A DNA stretch of 34,234 nucleotides from IMG/VR virus record IMGVR_UViG_3300020045_004558, positions 1 through 34,234 of that record. The stretch is one strand, 5' to 3'. The DNA comes from a virus. Its lineage: Duplodnaviria; Caudoviricetes. The notes under the pieces were generated by a model. That model ran no database searches and was not told the DNA's origin. It was given only the letters and a program-made list of their open reading frames with translations. This document shows, one piece after another, positions 15,639-26,027 of this stretch (positions within the stretch are counted from its first letter, which is position 1; every line of letters starts with the position of its first letter). The translations under genes were made by a program, and so were the position numbers.

Positions 15639-16874
15639 TTACTTTTTTTCTGATTCTTTTTCTTTCATTCTCGCATAAGCAGATTTAACTTCTGTTTTTT
15701 GCGCTGATAATTTGTTGATGGTTTGGCTCGATGCCGAAGCTGAATCAATTGTAAAATCAATTTTCATTGACTTTAATTTTGCCGTCAACTCGGAAATGTT
15801 TTTTTGAACTTCCTTAAATTCGTTTTCCTGCGATTCGAGTTTTGCAAGCAGTTCACTGTTGGCTGCTCTCAAAGATTTTACTTCTTCGCTTTCTGCCGGT
15901 GCTGATTCTTCAACAGGATCAGCGGCTGCATTTTCTGTTGGCTTTATTTCGGTTATCTTACCACCCGCAACAGTTATTGTATTTCCATCAGTGATTTTAT
16001 ATTCACCATCAGGGGCAGGTGCATTGTCAATTGTGCAGGCATCGCCAATTTTTGCGTCTGCATCGTTTGTTTCAACTGTGATGGCTGTGCCGTCAACGGT
16101 TGTAACTCCAATTGATTTACTTTTTGAAGCACCTGTAATAAATTCAGTAATTGCAGCGATTGATTTTTGTATAAGGTTCAGTTGCTCCGAACCTTCGCTT
16201 TTCTTATTTTCCATTTGCGATTTATAATTTGAATATTTCGTTAAAAACTCGGTTAAAAGATTTGGTGATTTGTGTAGCAATTCAAAGATTTCAGAATTGT
16301 TATCCAAGAAGTCAGTTGCCTTTGCTGCAAAATCCGTTTCAGATTTGAAAAGTGAATTGGTTGCAGCCGGTGAATCAACAACATCAGAGGCAATAAAAGC
16401 CTTGCAGCGTATATACTCCTTAGTTATTGTGTCTCCCGAATCGTTTTTTTCTTCCGCCATTGCCGGCTCATCAGGTGAAAACACAATTGAATTGCCGAAC
16501 ATATCAGGATTAGCAACGGCCATCTTTAAAACGTAGCTGTACAGATCGCCTTTCGGGCTTTCTTTGGCTGTTTGGTCAAGGTGCAAATCAGCTATTACCG
16601 AATTGCCACTGATCGAAAAGTTTTTATACCTTCCTATGTACGTTCCCAAAGCATCATCGCACATATTAGGGTGTCCGAATCTTGCCTTTACCCCTTGTGA
16701 TTGTGATTTGCCTTGCTCCGCAATCTGATTTAAAAAAGTAGAATCAATGTTATCCCCGCATTTATCAAGCCCTGCGTTGACAATAACCACGTTCTTGATA
16801 ATACCGGCTTCGCTGTCAACGTTTGACTTTGAAATATGGTTAAAAACAGGAATAGATTTTTTGAAATGTGCCAA
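15639..16874 (-). CDS. Prohead protease / scaffold fusion
   Basis: KARFGHP, FGNSIVF and DVVDSPAAT protease-type motifs; APDGEY module; C-terminal coiled coil. Confidence 0.75.
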   Translation of the reverse strand: MAHFKKSIPVFNHISKSNVDSEAGIIKNVVIVNAGLDKCGDNIDSTFLNQIAEQGKSQSQGVKARFGHPNMCDDALGTYIGRYKNFSISGNSVIADLHLDQTAKESPKGDLYSYVLKMAVANPDMFGNSIVFSPDEPAMAEEKNDSGDTITKEYIRCKAFIASDVVDSPAATNSLFKSETDFAAKATDFLDNNSEIFELLHKSPNLLTEFLTKYSNYKSQMENKKSEGSEQLNLIQKSIAAITEFITGASKSKSIGVTTVDGTAITVETNDADAKIGDACTIDNAPAPDGEYKITDGNTITVAGGKITEIKPTENAAADPVEESAPAESEEVKSLRAANSELLAKLESQENEFKEVQKNISELTAKLKSMKIDFTIDSASASSQTINKLSAQKTEVKSAYARMKEKESEKK

Positions 16875-16945
16875 CTCTATTTGATATAATTGTACAAATT
16901 TCGATTATATCAAATTAAAATGTTTGTCAATAAATTGAAAAAATA

Positions 16946-17185
16946 TTATTGCAGTTCGGCTTTCATTAGTCTTATAGCGCGATACACCAACTCCTGATTT
17001 GTTTTTTGCGCTTCACAAACTTTTTGGATAGCATCCATTCGTGAACTATGCCGGATGATTTCGTATTCGTAAATCTTAAACACTGAAAAATAGTTGTTGA
17101 TTGTTGGCGAAATAATGCCAGATTTCAAAAGTGGTTTCAATCTTCCTTCGTCCTCTAAAGATTTCAACCAGTCGTAATTAGTCAT
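16946..17185 (-). CDS. Small HTH-like hypothetical protein
   Basis: 79 aa with an AIQKVCE...QELVYRAIRLM helix pair. Confidence 0.55.
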   Translation of the reverse strand: MTNYDWLKSLEDEGRLKPLLKSGIISPTINNYFSVFKIYEYEIIRHSSRMDAIQKVCEAQKTNQELVYRAIRLMKAELQ

Positions 17186-17199
17186 GTATGATTATTTGA

Positions 17200-19944
17200 T
17201 TAATAACTTGCTCTTTCAACCACTTGTGCAACCCTGCCCTGTACATCGTTGATGTCCTGAACGACAACAACAGGAGGCGGAATATTGCTAAATGCCTGTA
17301 ACATATCCTCTACGCTTATTGAACCTATATTGTTGTAGATTGTTGACTGCGTGAATCCACCATTTGCAAAAGGCACAGCCCCGCCATTCATCCGCATACG
17401 TTCTAATCCTGCAATTAATGGAGCCGTTAACGGTGATCGCATCATCCAGTTTGGCGCAACCCATTCAGCACCGGCTTCGCCTATTAACCCAACTTTAGGG
17501 TGTCGCACATGACCGCCAGATTTGAATGTATCTGTTAGTCCACCTGATGCAAATTTCTGTGATATAACCGTTTTGGCTGCCAGTGTTGACCTGATAATTG
17601 CAATAGCTGATTGAATAGCGTATTGTGTTGCACCTACCGCTCCTGCCGTTACCGCGTTTGCAGGATTCGCTGCTGCTGCTGCTGCTATTGCTGATAGTTC
17701 TTTTGATAGGTTGATTGCAATTTCTGAAAGCGATAACGCTTTAATTAAATCACCGTATTTTTTTCTATTAGCTGCATCCTGACCTAAGAATTGTTTAAAG
17801 CCGCTTACTAGAGTTCCGGCTAAATCTAAACGCAATTGATTTAAAGCCGCCTCTTGTTCGGCTTGCCGTTGCTGTATTTTTATTTGCTCGTCTGATGCCT
17901 TTTGAGTTGCGTCTAATTTCTTTTTATTGGATTCTTCAATGGCTTTTATTTCAGCTTCGTCCGAAGCCTTTACTATTTCATTAATCTTTAATTGCGATGC
18001 CTGCAATAATAATTCACGTTGCAATTGCACCTCTTCAGCGTTGCCGGTTAATGCTTCAATCTTTCTTTGTGTGGCTGTGGCCTCTGCTGCAATTTCGCGG
18101 GTGGTCTTATCCTCGATTGCCTGGATTGATAAATCCTCAATTGACTTATTAATTTCAATCTGTGCGTCTGCCTCCTGCTTATTTATTTCAGCGATCTTTA
18201 AATTATATGCAGAACGCAATCTTTGTTTCTCTAAAAGAGAAAGTGATGTGTCGGCAAGTTCAGCGTCTAATGCTTTTTTTGCAATCTGCCTTTCGAGTTC
18301 AAATGCCTGTTCGCCTTTTAAAGCACGCTGTTTGACCTCATCATCTAATATTCCAATGGTTGCGGCAATATTTGATTTAAGTAATTGTAATTTAATTTTG
18401 GAGGCTTCCGCTTCGATTTCAATTTGCTTATCGTTACTATCATCAACTAATTTATTGTAAGTGATTAATGCCTCGCTTGCCGCCTGCCTTGCCTCCAGTA
18501 TTCCGCTACCATTTGCGTTTGCAATTGCTAAAGCGTTTTCGGCAATTATTTTTCTTGTTTCAGCGTTCTTGATTTCAATTTTTATGTTTTCGTTTTCAAG
18601 TTTGCCGGCCTCCCGCATTGCTTCGATCCGTTCTTTATCGGTCTTTGTTTTGTCCTGCGATAGCGTTCGTAAATCACCAATCAATAAATTATTCTTAGCC
18701 TGTGCCTCATTGGTAGCGATCAAACTTTTTTCATATTCGATTTGTCGCTTTTCGTTTTCGGCTGCAAGGTTAGCAATGCGTGCCTGCTCGGCCGCGAATT
18801 TTGATAGCGCACCACCTGCCAGTTGCATCTTATCCGTTAGGTTTTCAATACCTGTTGCAGCCTGACCCAATCCGTTGATTAATGCCTTGCCGTCAAAATC
18901 AGCGATTGCATTCAGTATAACTTTAAAGGCTGTGAATCGGTTAATAATATTATCCTTTATAATGTTGCCAATATCAATCAGCGTTTGTTTCGGATTGCTT
19001 AAAGCCTCGATAAAAACTTCTCCAAGTTTACCTAACGCACCCACTAAACCATTAACTACCTGACTGATAAATGAAAATGCAATCTTCAATTTATTCCCGC
19101 CCTCTTCGGTCTTTGTAAATGCAGCAACTAAAGCACCTATTGCGATCACCAACAGCCCTATTCCTGTGGAGGCAATTGCTATTTTAAGCACTTTCATTGA
19201 GTTTGCACCCTTTAATGCACCGCCCTCTATACTTGTGCCGGCAGCTTTACCCGCCTCGCCAACACCACCAACAGCATCTTTAACGCCTGTTGCCTGAGTT
19301 GCGAATGATTTAAAACTTTCAAAACCCTGTTTTAAAGATTCAACACCGGCTTTCAAAACTTCAACACCTGATTTTGCACCGTTTAACGTTTCGCGGAGTA
19401 CACCTAATTGACCATTAAAGATTCCTGTCTTGTCAATTGCTGCTGTAAATGATTCTGTGTAGTTACCTACATTGGTGCGACCGTCTTTTATGCCCTGATC
19501 GAACGCGATTATTGCCGTCTTAGCCTCATCAACTCTTTGCTTTTGCTTCAGGTAAGTATCGGTTAGGATTATATTACCCTCCGCATTTCTTTTTAAAGTT
19601 CCTTCAAGATTCTTTAATTGGATGGCCGCTATTTGTTGTTGGCGAAGCAGTTGCTCGTAGCTTCCAGTGTTGGCTGCATTTGCCTTTTGCTCAAGATTCA
19701 ATAAATTAACATGGTTGCGCTGTTGATCTGTTAATCCTTTTATTGCAACATTATTTTCAATAATGATTTTGGTATTCTTTTCATAGGTTGCATTATCACC
19801 CGCCTCCAATGCTTTTTTTGCTTCGGCAGCTAAACTTTTATTTGATTCCTTTAGCTTATCGGTTTCAGTTTTTATTTTCTGAATCTGATTAACCAGTCCT
19901 TTGGAATCAAGATCGATTTTTAATAATATTATTTCATCTGCCAT
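17200..19944 (-). CDS. Tape measure protein
   Basis: 914 aa, Ala-rich coiled coil; RTNVGNY, IASTGIGLLVIAIG and C-terminal FASGG...GEAGAEWV motifs. Confidence 0.9.
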   Translation of the reverse strand: MADEIILLKIDLDSKGLVNQIQKIKTETDKLKESNKSLAAEAKKALEAGDNATYEKNTKIIIENNVAIKGLTDQQRNHVNLLNLEQKANAANTGSYEQLLRQQQIAAIQLKNLEGTLKRNAEGNIILTDTYLKQKQRVDEAKTAIIAFDQGIKDGRTNVGNYTESFTAAIDKTGIFNGQLGVLRETLNGAKSGVEVLKAGVESLKQGFESFKSFATQATGVKDAVGGVGEAGKAAGTSIEGGALKGANSMKVLKIAIASTGIGLLVIAIGALVAAFTKTEEGGNKLKIAFSFISQVVNGLVGALGKLGEVFIEALSNPKQTLIDIGNIIKDNIINRFTAFKVILNAIADFDGKALINGLGQAATGIENLTDKMQLAGGALSKFAAEQARIANLAAENEKRQIEYEKSLIATNEAQAKNNLLIGDLRTLSQDKTKTDKERIEAMREAGKLENENIKIEIKNAETRKIIAENALAIANANGSGILEARQAASEALITYNKLVDDSNDKQIEIEAEASKIKLQLLKSNIAATIGILDDEVKQRALKGEQAFELERQIAKKALDAELADTSLSLLEKQRLRSAYNLKIAEINKQEADAQIEINKSIEDLSIQAIEDKTTREIAAEATATQRKIEALTGNAEEVQLQRELLLQASQLKINEIVKASDEAEIKAIEESNKKKLDATQKASDEQIKIQQRQAEQEAALNQLRLDLAGTLVSGFKQFLGQDAANRKKYGDLIKALSLSEIAINLSKELSAIAAAAAANPANAVTAGAVGATQYAIQSAIAIIRSTLAAKTVISQKFASGGLTDTFKSGGHVRHPKVGLIGEAGAEWVAPNWMMRSPLTAPLIAGLERMRMNGGAVPFANGGFTQSTIYNNIGSISVEDMLQAFSNIPPPVVVVQDINDVQGRVAQVVERASY

Positions 19945-19960
19945 TGTGGTGGTTGGTTTT

Positions 19961-21994
19961 TTATAATCGAATTAAATTAACTTTTGTCAAATTTCCGCTT
20001 TTAAAATTTTCAATTGAGAAGCAATAAAAATCAGCAGCGTGCTTGTCGCAATAAATCGGGATAAGGTGATCGAAATAATTTCCAATATCATTTGTGGTAA
20101 GCAGCACCTCTTCGCTTACTGACTTGTATTGCTGAAGCATATTGATTAATGCCTGGTAAAAATCCGCAATCAAACTATTATTGAACCCTAAATGATAATC
20201 CCTTGTGTTGTGCGGGTCAATAAACCATGCTGAATATCCGCTTGTAGAATCAAATGTATCTGTACCAAATCCATCCACTGCCGAATCACCTACATAATGA
20301 ACAATGTCTGCAAATGTTGTTGGCTCGTATAGCAATATTCGCGGCTCCGTCTTGTTGGTGAACATAAATGTAGTTGCGTCCACTTTGTTAATATACGGAG
20401 GATAGATGTTGACATTACCAATATCCTTAATTGCACCTGTCTCGGTTCCTGCGAATATAGATTGAACAACATCTTTTTCAAGCGGCAGCGTATTGTCTGC
20501 AATTTGAAAGCTACCGTTGCCAATATCGGGGTCAACTAAATTGCTATCGTCATGCTTATACCTTAAATAATTTGTTTGGCCGTAAGGGGGGCGAAATTTT
20601 ATTGATGCCGGATTGCCTGTAAATTTTAAACTCCAATCCTTTTTTATGGGCTTATTCTCATTCAGCTTTTCAAAAAACTCCAAATAAACAGTTGAATCAG
20701 CACTGCTTGTTTGAACCTGCCCACAAACAAACTGCAATATTGATTTTAAAAAGTCTGCCTGATTCATATCGGGCAATAGTGATGCAATTGAAAGGGTGTT
20801 GCCGTAAACGATATTGTTATCGAGTGAGTTGCTCCAATAAGAAGCTGCTTTAATTTCAAAATCAATTGTTCCTTCATCGAATATTTGAAAGCCCGAACCA
20901 TCAAAGAAATTCATTGCAGTTGTACCAATAACTTTTACCCTTATCAAATCACCGTAGCTCAAATGAATGTTATCGGTAACAATATTGATTGTATTGGTTG
21001 CTGACAAGTAATGCGTTTCGGTCTTAATAACATTTGTTATTCCTGTTGCGCTTGTCTTTTCAATTGAAATAACGGCAGTTGTTGAACCTGAATAAGAGGC
21101 TGCGCCAATAGGTAGATTTAATGTGTTATCAATTTGCAATTGAATCGAAATCGTTTGAAAGCATGACAGCCCGACAAAATAAGTCCCATCTGATTGCAGG
21201 TTGCCGGTATCAAAATAAGCCCCTGTTTCATCGTCAAATTGTACCCAGTTGCCTGTTGTTATTTTTCCTGATGTGTTAGTTGGCAGCGTTACATCTTCAT
21301 CCGTTAATTTGCCAACTGAAAAAAGATTTGCATCGAGTGTTGCCTGATCTACATTGTACTCATTGCGTGAATACGGTAGTATCATGCTGTTAAGAATACT
21401 ATCAGTATCATCGTATATGCCACCTGCAACATTAAATCCAGCACCCTCAATAATGGTTTGAATAATTTTCTTAACCCTGATTGATGGAGGGGTGTAATTT
21501 AAACGCATATTGCCCGATCCCATGCGACCGTAATCAACTAAAGCATACACATAACCATCTTCATTAGTTCCTGAATTAATATTCGCCTGTGCGTTTGTTT
21601 TATTCCATACATGGTTATAAGCCGACAAATCCAATTCAGTCAGCTTTTTGTTTTTGATCTTTTCAAACAAATCTGCATTGCCGGAGTAAACAGTTATTGA
21701 AAAATATTCGCCCGCCTCATCAATAATGCAGTAACCATTTTGAACTATCTCAATCCCATCTTGAACAATCTTAGCCTCGTTCTTTTGATAGGGGATAACC
21801 GAGCCGCTTGCAACCACATTACAAAATCCAAATAAAAAATTATTTGCGTTTGTTTTAGGAACTTTAAACTGATTCGTAAAATTCGCTTTCTTGTTTTGAA
21901 TATCTGCAATGTCATTTGCTTGCAGCGATAAACCTATTTTAGATTTTTCGCTAAGCTCTACAAACTGATTATTGATGTATAGTTCTAATGCCAT
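19961..21994 (-). CDS. Minor tail / baseplate hub-like protein
   Basis: FTNQFKVPKTNANN and LLPDMNQADFLKSI motifs seen in Bacteroidota siphovirus tail proteins. Confidence 0.7.
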   Translation of the reverse strand: MALELYINNQFVELSEKSKIGLSLQANDIADIQNKKANFTNQFKVPKTNANNFLFGFCNVVASGSVIPYQKNEAKIVQDGIEIVQNGYCIIDEAGEYFSITVYSGNADLFEKIKNKKLTELDLSAYNHVWNKTNAQANINSGTNEDGYVYALVDYGRMGSGNMRLNYTPPSIRVKKIIQTIIEGAGFNVAGGIYDDTDSILNSMILPYSRNEYNVDQATLDANLFSVGKLTDEDVTLPTNTSGKITTGNWVQFDDETGAYFDTGNLQSDGTYFVGLSCFQTISIQLQIDNTLNLPIGAASYSGSTTAVISIEKTSATGITNVIKTETHYLSATNTINIVTDNIHLSYGDLIRVKVIGTTAMNFFDGSGFQIFDEGTIDFEIKAASYWSNSLDNNIVYGNTLSIASLLPDMNQADFLKSILQFVCGQVQTSSADSTVYLEFFEKLNENKPIKKDWSLKFTGNPASIKFRPPYGQTNYLRYKHDDSNLVDPDIGNGSFQIADNTLPLEKDVVQSIFAGTETGAIKDIGNVNIYPPYINKVDATTFMFTNKTEPRILLYEPTTFADIVHYVGDSAVDGFGTDTFDSTSGYSAWFIDPHNTRDYHLGFNNSLIADFYQALINMLQQYKSVSEEVLLTTNDIGNYFDHLIPIYCDKHAADFYCFSIENFKSGNLTKVNLIRL

Positions 21995-22287
21995 TAATTA
22001 CCCCTGCTTTTAATTCCGTTTTTTGCGGACTCCAAAAGAAACGCCCCTAAAGCTGCTGCATCTTCAAATGTTAATCCGGCAGAAATAATTTTAATAGTTT
22101 CATCATTTGCATTGAGTTTGCTTTTGTTTGAATTAGTATCCAAAATACTAAGCTCAATGCAAACATCTTTTTCTTCCGGATCATTATTGGTATAAACTGA
22201 AATTGCAATATCAATATTGAATAATCCTGGTTCATTTGGCTCAAATGAATCAACAAAGCCATCATAACCAACTACGCTTAGTTTCAT
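21994..22287 (-). CDS. Hypothetical protein inserted in the tail module
   Basis: Coupled ORF (TAATG overlap). Confidence 0.6.
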   Translation of the reverse strand: MKLSVVGYDGFVDSFEPNEPGLFNIDIAISVYTNNDPEEKDVCIELSILDTNSNKSKLNANDETIKIISAGLTFEDAAALGAFLLESAKNGIKSRGN

Positions 22288-22290
22288 ATT

Positions 22291-23820
22291 TTAATTTGTT
22301 ATATTATAAGTCTTTGGTAAATCAATAATCAAGTCAACATCAAATGTGCTGTTCTTTGACTTCTTTGTTACGGTGTTATTTCTAACCCTTACCGTTTGCC
22401 AGGTATATTCAGGTTCGGCAGCAGCATAATCGCCTCCTGTTAGCATATACACCTTTGGCGAATTAGCTAAAGATTTTATTCCATTCCAATTATTAACAGA
22501 TATTCCATGCGCTCCTATGCGTATTGATTCCTGCGATTCTTTGCTAATAAAATCAGCGTTGCTTTGATCTGTTTCAATGTCAATTAATACCGGCTCAAAA
22601 GTTCCTGCGCTTTGCGATTCCTGCGTATATACTTGCAGGTTTTCAAACAGCCAATAATTCCACGCTCCTGATAAGCCTTTCCATTTAAGAAATACAGTAC
22701 TGCCATTGGTAGCGCAATACTCTTCAACTTTTATTGTGATTGATTCCAATAGCTTTTGACCGATGCTTTTTATTGACACCTCATAGTAGTGTATCGGATC
22801 GCCAACAAACGCTGATGTGTACGTTAACAGCGCACGATTCCATGATGGGTAGTTATGTATATCCAAATATAATGGGTCGGCAGTATCTAAGTAATTCTGA
22901 TTTATGCCAAGCCCTTTTATTTCAATGTATATTGGATCGGGGCAATCAATGAAAAAATCGGTAAATAGAAAACTCAAATCAAATGGGAACCCGAAAAAAT
23001 AAACCGGCTCTTCAAAATCGGTTATCCATTTTGCAAGTGGCAACTGTGCAAGCCCGAAACACTCGTTTACAAAATGATTTGAGCCGTTGACCGTTTGCAG
23101 TTGCGCCACTGATTTAGTTGCAAAATAACAATGTGCATCTAAGTACCTGCTTATAACAGTATTTACAATATCGGTTGTGTAAGCATTTGCCGAATCTGTC
23201 CACGTTGCTCTGTAATCAACCCAAAAATAACAAGAGTTGCGTGTATCGTCAAAGTTATTAATAGCCGTTTCGTAGGTCATTTCATCCTCGCATTTCTGCA
23301 ATACGCCCCGAAGCATTTCGGCAATATCAACATTGAACGTCCAATCGGGCTTATTGCTATATTTTGAGGTGCTTACTAATTCATAACTATCAGGGTCGCT
23401 AACCATTGAGGCATAAACGGCAACCTCTAATTTATGGTTGGGTTGTCGTGTGATGTTATTAACCGTAACCGTTGCTGCTGCTCCAAGATAAGGAGTGATA
23501 ATGGTTATTGTGGTATCGGGTGCGGAGTAAGTTATACTATCAACCAAATATTCACCTGCGTATAACGGTGTGGTGTTGGCTGTATCTCCCAAATAAATAG
23601 TATCGCCCGCCTGTATTAACGATGTTGCGTCAGTGCCGGCAATAACAACTTCAAGATCGCTGCCGGATGGCGTGGTAATGGAGCCGGTTAAATCTACCCT
23701 TGCAAACTTGTAAACTACTGGATTGTGAACGCTGTTAAACTTGCAAGTCTTACTAACAGGTGTAGCTGCAATAGTTATTGTCTTTGTCTTTTCGGGTCGC
23801 TGTGTTACTGTAATTGCCAT
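22291..23820 (-). CDS. Minor tail (distal-tail-like) protein
   Basis: FLKWKGLSGAWNYWLF...SLANSPKVY C-terminal pattern. Confidence 0.65.
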   Translation of the reverse strand: MAITVTQRPEKTKTITIAATPVSKTCKFNSVHNPVVYKFARVDLTGSITTPSGSDLEVVIAGTDATSLIQAGDTIYLGDTANTTPLYAGEYLVDSITYSAPDTTITIITPYLGAAATVTVNNITRQPNHKLEVAVYASMVSDPDSYELVSTSKYSNKPDWTFNVDIAEMLRGVLQKCEDEMTYETAINNFDDTRNSCYFWVDYRATWTDSANAYTTDIVNTVISRYLDAHCYFATKSVAQLQTVNGSNHFVNECFGLAQLPLAKWITDFEEPVYFFGFPFDLSFLFTDFFIDCPDPIYIEIKGLGINQNYLDTADPLYLDIHNYPSWNRALLTYTSAFVGDPIHYYEVSIKSIGQKLLESITIKVEEYCATNGSTVFLKWKGLSGAWNYWLFENLQVYTQESQSAGTFEPVLIDIETDQSNADFISKESQESIRIGAHGISVNNWNGIKSLANSPKVYMLTGGDYAAAEPEYTWQTVRVRNNTVTKKSKNSTFDVDLIIDLPKTYNITN

Positions 23821-23824
23821 GTGA

Positions 23825-24277
23825 TTAATTAGGTGAAAAGAAACGTGCTAAATCGTTTGAAATTTCGGCTTTTGATTGTATTGCAACCTCCTGAAATAAC
23901 TCTTTAATATTATCAGCAACAGCAGTTTGAAATATATCCCTGAATTGATTTGTCCGGTAAAGAACGGTTCCTTCGTTTGCTATTTTTTTTGCAATTAAAA
24001 AGGCTAATGATTTTTGGCTGATCCCTTCAGGCTGTAATCCTTTGGCAACCACCCATTCATAAATGTTTTTAATTGGCGGAAATTTACCCTTGCCCCTACC
24101 TGTTTCGATGAACTTAAAAGAACGGTGACCGTATAACGTGAATGAAGTTTCTTTTGATTCATCGCGTAAACTTGCAGCAGTCTTGCCGGTAGCGTTCGCG
24201 CCCGATTGACTGATATTATTTCTAATGTCAGCGATCAGCGCTTGCCCGAACCTTTCAAATTGCTTTTGGATATTCAT
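23825..24277 (-). CDS. Neck/tail-completion protein (HK97 gp10-like)
   Basis: ATGKTAASL...ETGRGKGKFPP...AFLIAKKIANEGT motifs. Confidence 0.7.
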   Translation of the reverse strand: MNIQKQFERFGQALIADIRNNISQSGANATGKTAASLRDESKETSFTLYGHRSFKFIETGRGKGKFPPIKNIYEWVVAKGLQPEGISQKSLAFLIAKKIANEGTVLYRTNQFRDIFQTAVADNIKELFQEVAIQSKAEISNDLARFFSPN

Positions 24278-24450
24278 TTTATGCCAAACATATTTTTTAA
24301 GTACTCCAGTCCGTTGTTATGCGCAACCTCAATCTTAACCACCTTTATTTTATCTTTAAGAATATTAACTGCATCCTCTTTTGATTCTGCCGTTATGGTA
24401 CACTTCATTTTTTTGCCGTACAATTCAAAATAAATAACGTGTTCAATCAT
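24274..24450 (-). CDS. 58-aa hypothetical protein (MIEHVIYFELYGKKMKC...)
   Basis: Overlapping start/stop codons at both ends. Confidence 0.6.
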   Translation of the reverse strand: MIEHVIYFELYGKKMKCTITAESKEDAVNILKDKIKVVKIEVAHNNGLEYLKNMFGIK

Positions 24451-24779
24451 TACTTTAATCCGTATTTTTCCTTAGCCATTTGTGAAATGACAATACGCAA
24501 TGATGAAACTTCGGCTGAATAAGATTTCAACTGGTTATCAACCTGCTCCTTTGCCTTTTTTAAATCTTCGATTCCTTTTTGATAGTCTCTTAGTTCGTCT
24601 TTAAGTGCAGCCGCCTGGTCATTTAGAAATGAATTTTTATGTTTCAAATCTTCGATAATTGCCTCTAAGCTGGATATGTGTACATCCAATTTATTAGCAA
24701 TGTCCTTATACTGTTCTTTAGTTAACCCATTTGGGATACCGCGATCATCATTTTTTACTCTGATTTTACTCATACTCAT
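24450..24779 (-). CDS. Hypothetical coiled-coil protein
   Basis: Heptad pattern. Confidence 0.65.
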   Translation of the reverse strand: MSMSKIRVKNDDRGIPNGLTKEQYKDIANKLDVHISSLEAIIEDLKHKNSFLNDQAAALKDELRDYQKGIEDLKKAKEQVDNQLKSYSAEVSSLRIVISQMAKEKYGLK

Positions 24780-24795
24780 TTTCGTTTGTTGTTAT

Positions 24796-25248
24796 TTAGC
24801 AAGGATAAACAGTGTCATCCCTTTTTAATTTAATTTTAAATGTTACCCTGAATCCTATTTCGTTGTGATCTGATTGATGTGCTAATGGCGCACGTTTGAT
24901 GTTGCTTATTTCTTCAACGTTATCATCTTTAGATATTCTTAAAATAACTTCATCCGTTATTGCATCCATCGTTAAGAGTTTCGTGCTTATCTGATCGCTG
25001 CTGTCATCAAAATTATGCAGGTCGGTAATGTCAAGCATCACATAATATGACCGCCTCATTGTTCTGTGATTAATTATATCGTCACTCTCATAAGGGTACA
25101 TCCATACTCGCGGGAACATTGGCTCACTGTATTCAGTTAGGCTTTCGTTCTCCTGCTCCAGGTTAGCATAAGCGCGAAGCCCAACGCCAAATGAATTAAC
25201 TGTTGGCGTGCTGTCAGCTTTACTTTTTATCAGATCAATTAAAATCAT
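24796..25248 (-). CDS. Tail terminator-like protein
   Basis: 150 aa, FPRVWMY motif, tail-module position. Confidence 0.55.
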   Translation of the reverse strand: MILIDLIKSKADSTPTVNSFGVGLRAYANLEQENESLTEYSEPMFPRVWMYPYESDDIINHRTMRRSYYVMLDITDLHNFDDSSDQISTKLLTMDAITDEVILRISKDDNVEEISNIKRAPLAHQSDHNEIGFRVTFKIKLKRDDTVYPC

Positions 25249-25400
25249 TTCTATTCTCTATTCATTATCAGGAAACATCCTGCGTTGTATTTTTACTTTT
25301 TCAATGTTCATTAATTGCTTTGTGAATACGGTGTTGCAATCCATTTGCAGCACTGCCTCATACTTTGTTATGTCACCATCAGCAAGTGAATCAATTACAT

Positions 25401-26027
25401 TCATAATACCGAACTTGTTAAGTCTTTCAACGCCTGCTTCGAGTTCTTTTTTTGTTGGCGCGATGTTGAGGTGCTTGTTTTCTTTTGCTGCGAATTTATA
25501 TACCTGCTCAAAAAAAAATTGGCAACTGGGAACGCTTCCAGTATTTTACAATGCTTTGTAATTTGCTCAAACTCTTCGGCTTTTTTACCACTGTATTTTT
25601 CATTATAAAAAGCCGGTTGAAAATAGGTTGCTATCGTAAATGCAATTAATGTTGAAAGGTCTTTGCCCGATTCAACACAATCGTTAATTTTTTGCTGAAC
25701 CATTATTTTTTGACCGAAACACTCTTCGGTAATATCCTTAATCACCGGCAGCAGCTTGTCACCTATTGTAATTTTATCAGGTGTTTTCATTGCTGAGAAA
25801 TCCGGCACGTTGCCAACAAATGAGATTGCACTCATTACCGATTCGCTCACATCGCACTTCATTGATTCGATAACATCATAATCAATACCTGTTAACGCTG
25901 CTATAATATTTGCAACAGGATTAACGCAATCAGCGTTTGAAATGAGTTTAACGAATTGGTCAACCGTTACATCCTCCCAACAATCAGCGATGTAAATATT
26001 TTTATTGTCAATTAGTATTGGTGTCAT
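25401..26027 (-). CDS. Tail assembly chaperone (gpG-like); -1 frameshift extends it to a gpGT-like product ending at 25258
   Basis: CWEDVTVDQF start; slippery AAT-TTT-TTT-TTG at 25520-25509; the -1 frame is open to TAG at 25260-25258. Confidence 0.75.
   Translation of the reverse strand: MTPILIDNKNIYIADCWEDVTVDQFVKLISNADCVNPVANIIAALTGIDYDVIESMKCDVSESVMSAISFVGNVPDFSAMKTPDKITIGDKLLPVIKDITEECFGQKIMVQQKINDCVESGKDLSTLIAFTIATYFQPAFYNEKYSGKKAEEFEQITKHCKILEAFPVANFFLSRYINSQQKKTSTSTSRQQKKNSKQALKDLTSSVL

Noticed and set aside
17657-17692. GCT trinucleotide run in the tape measure gene
   Set aside because: It simply encodes a poly-Ala stretch typical of tape measure proteins.
10769-19063. Many plus-strand ORFs within the structural block
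   Set aside because: They are antisense shadows of well-supported minus-strand genes, with Ser/Ala/Phe-rich compositions.
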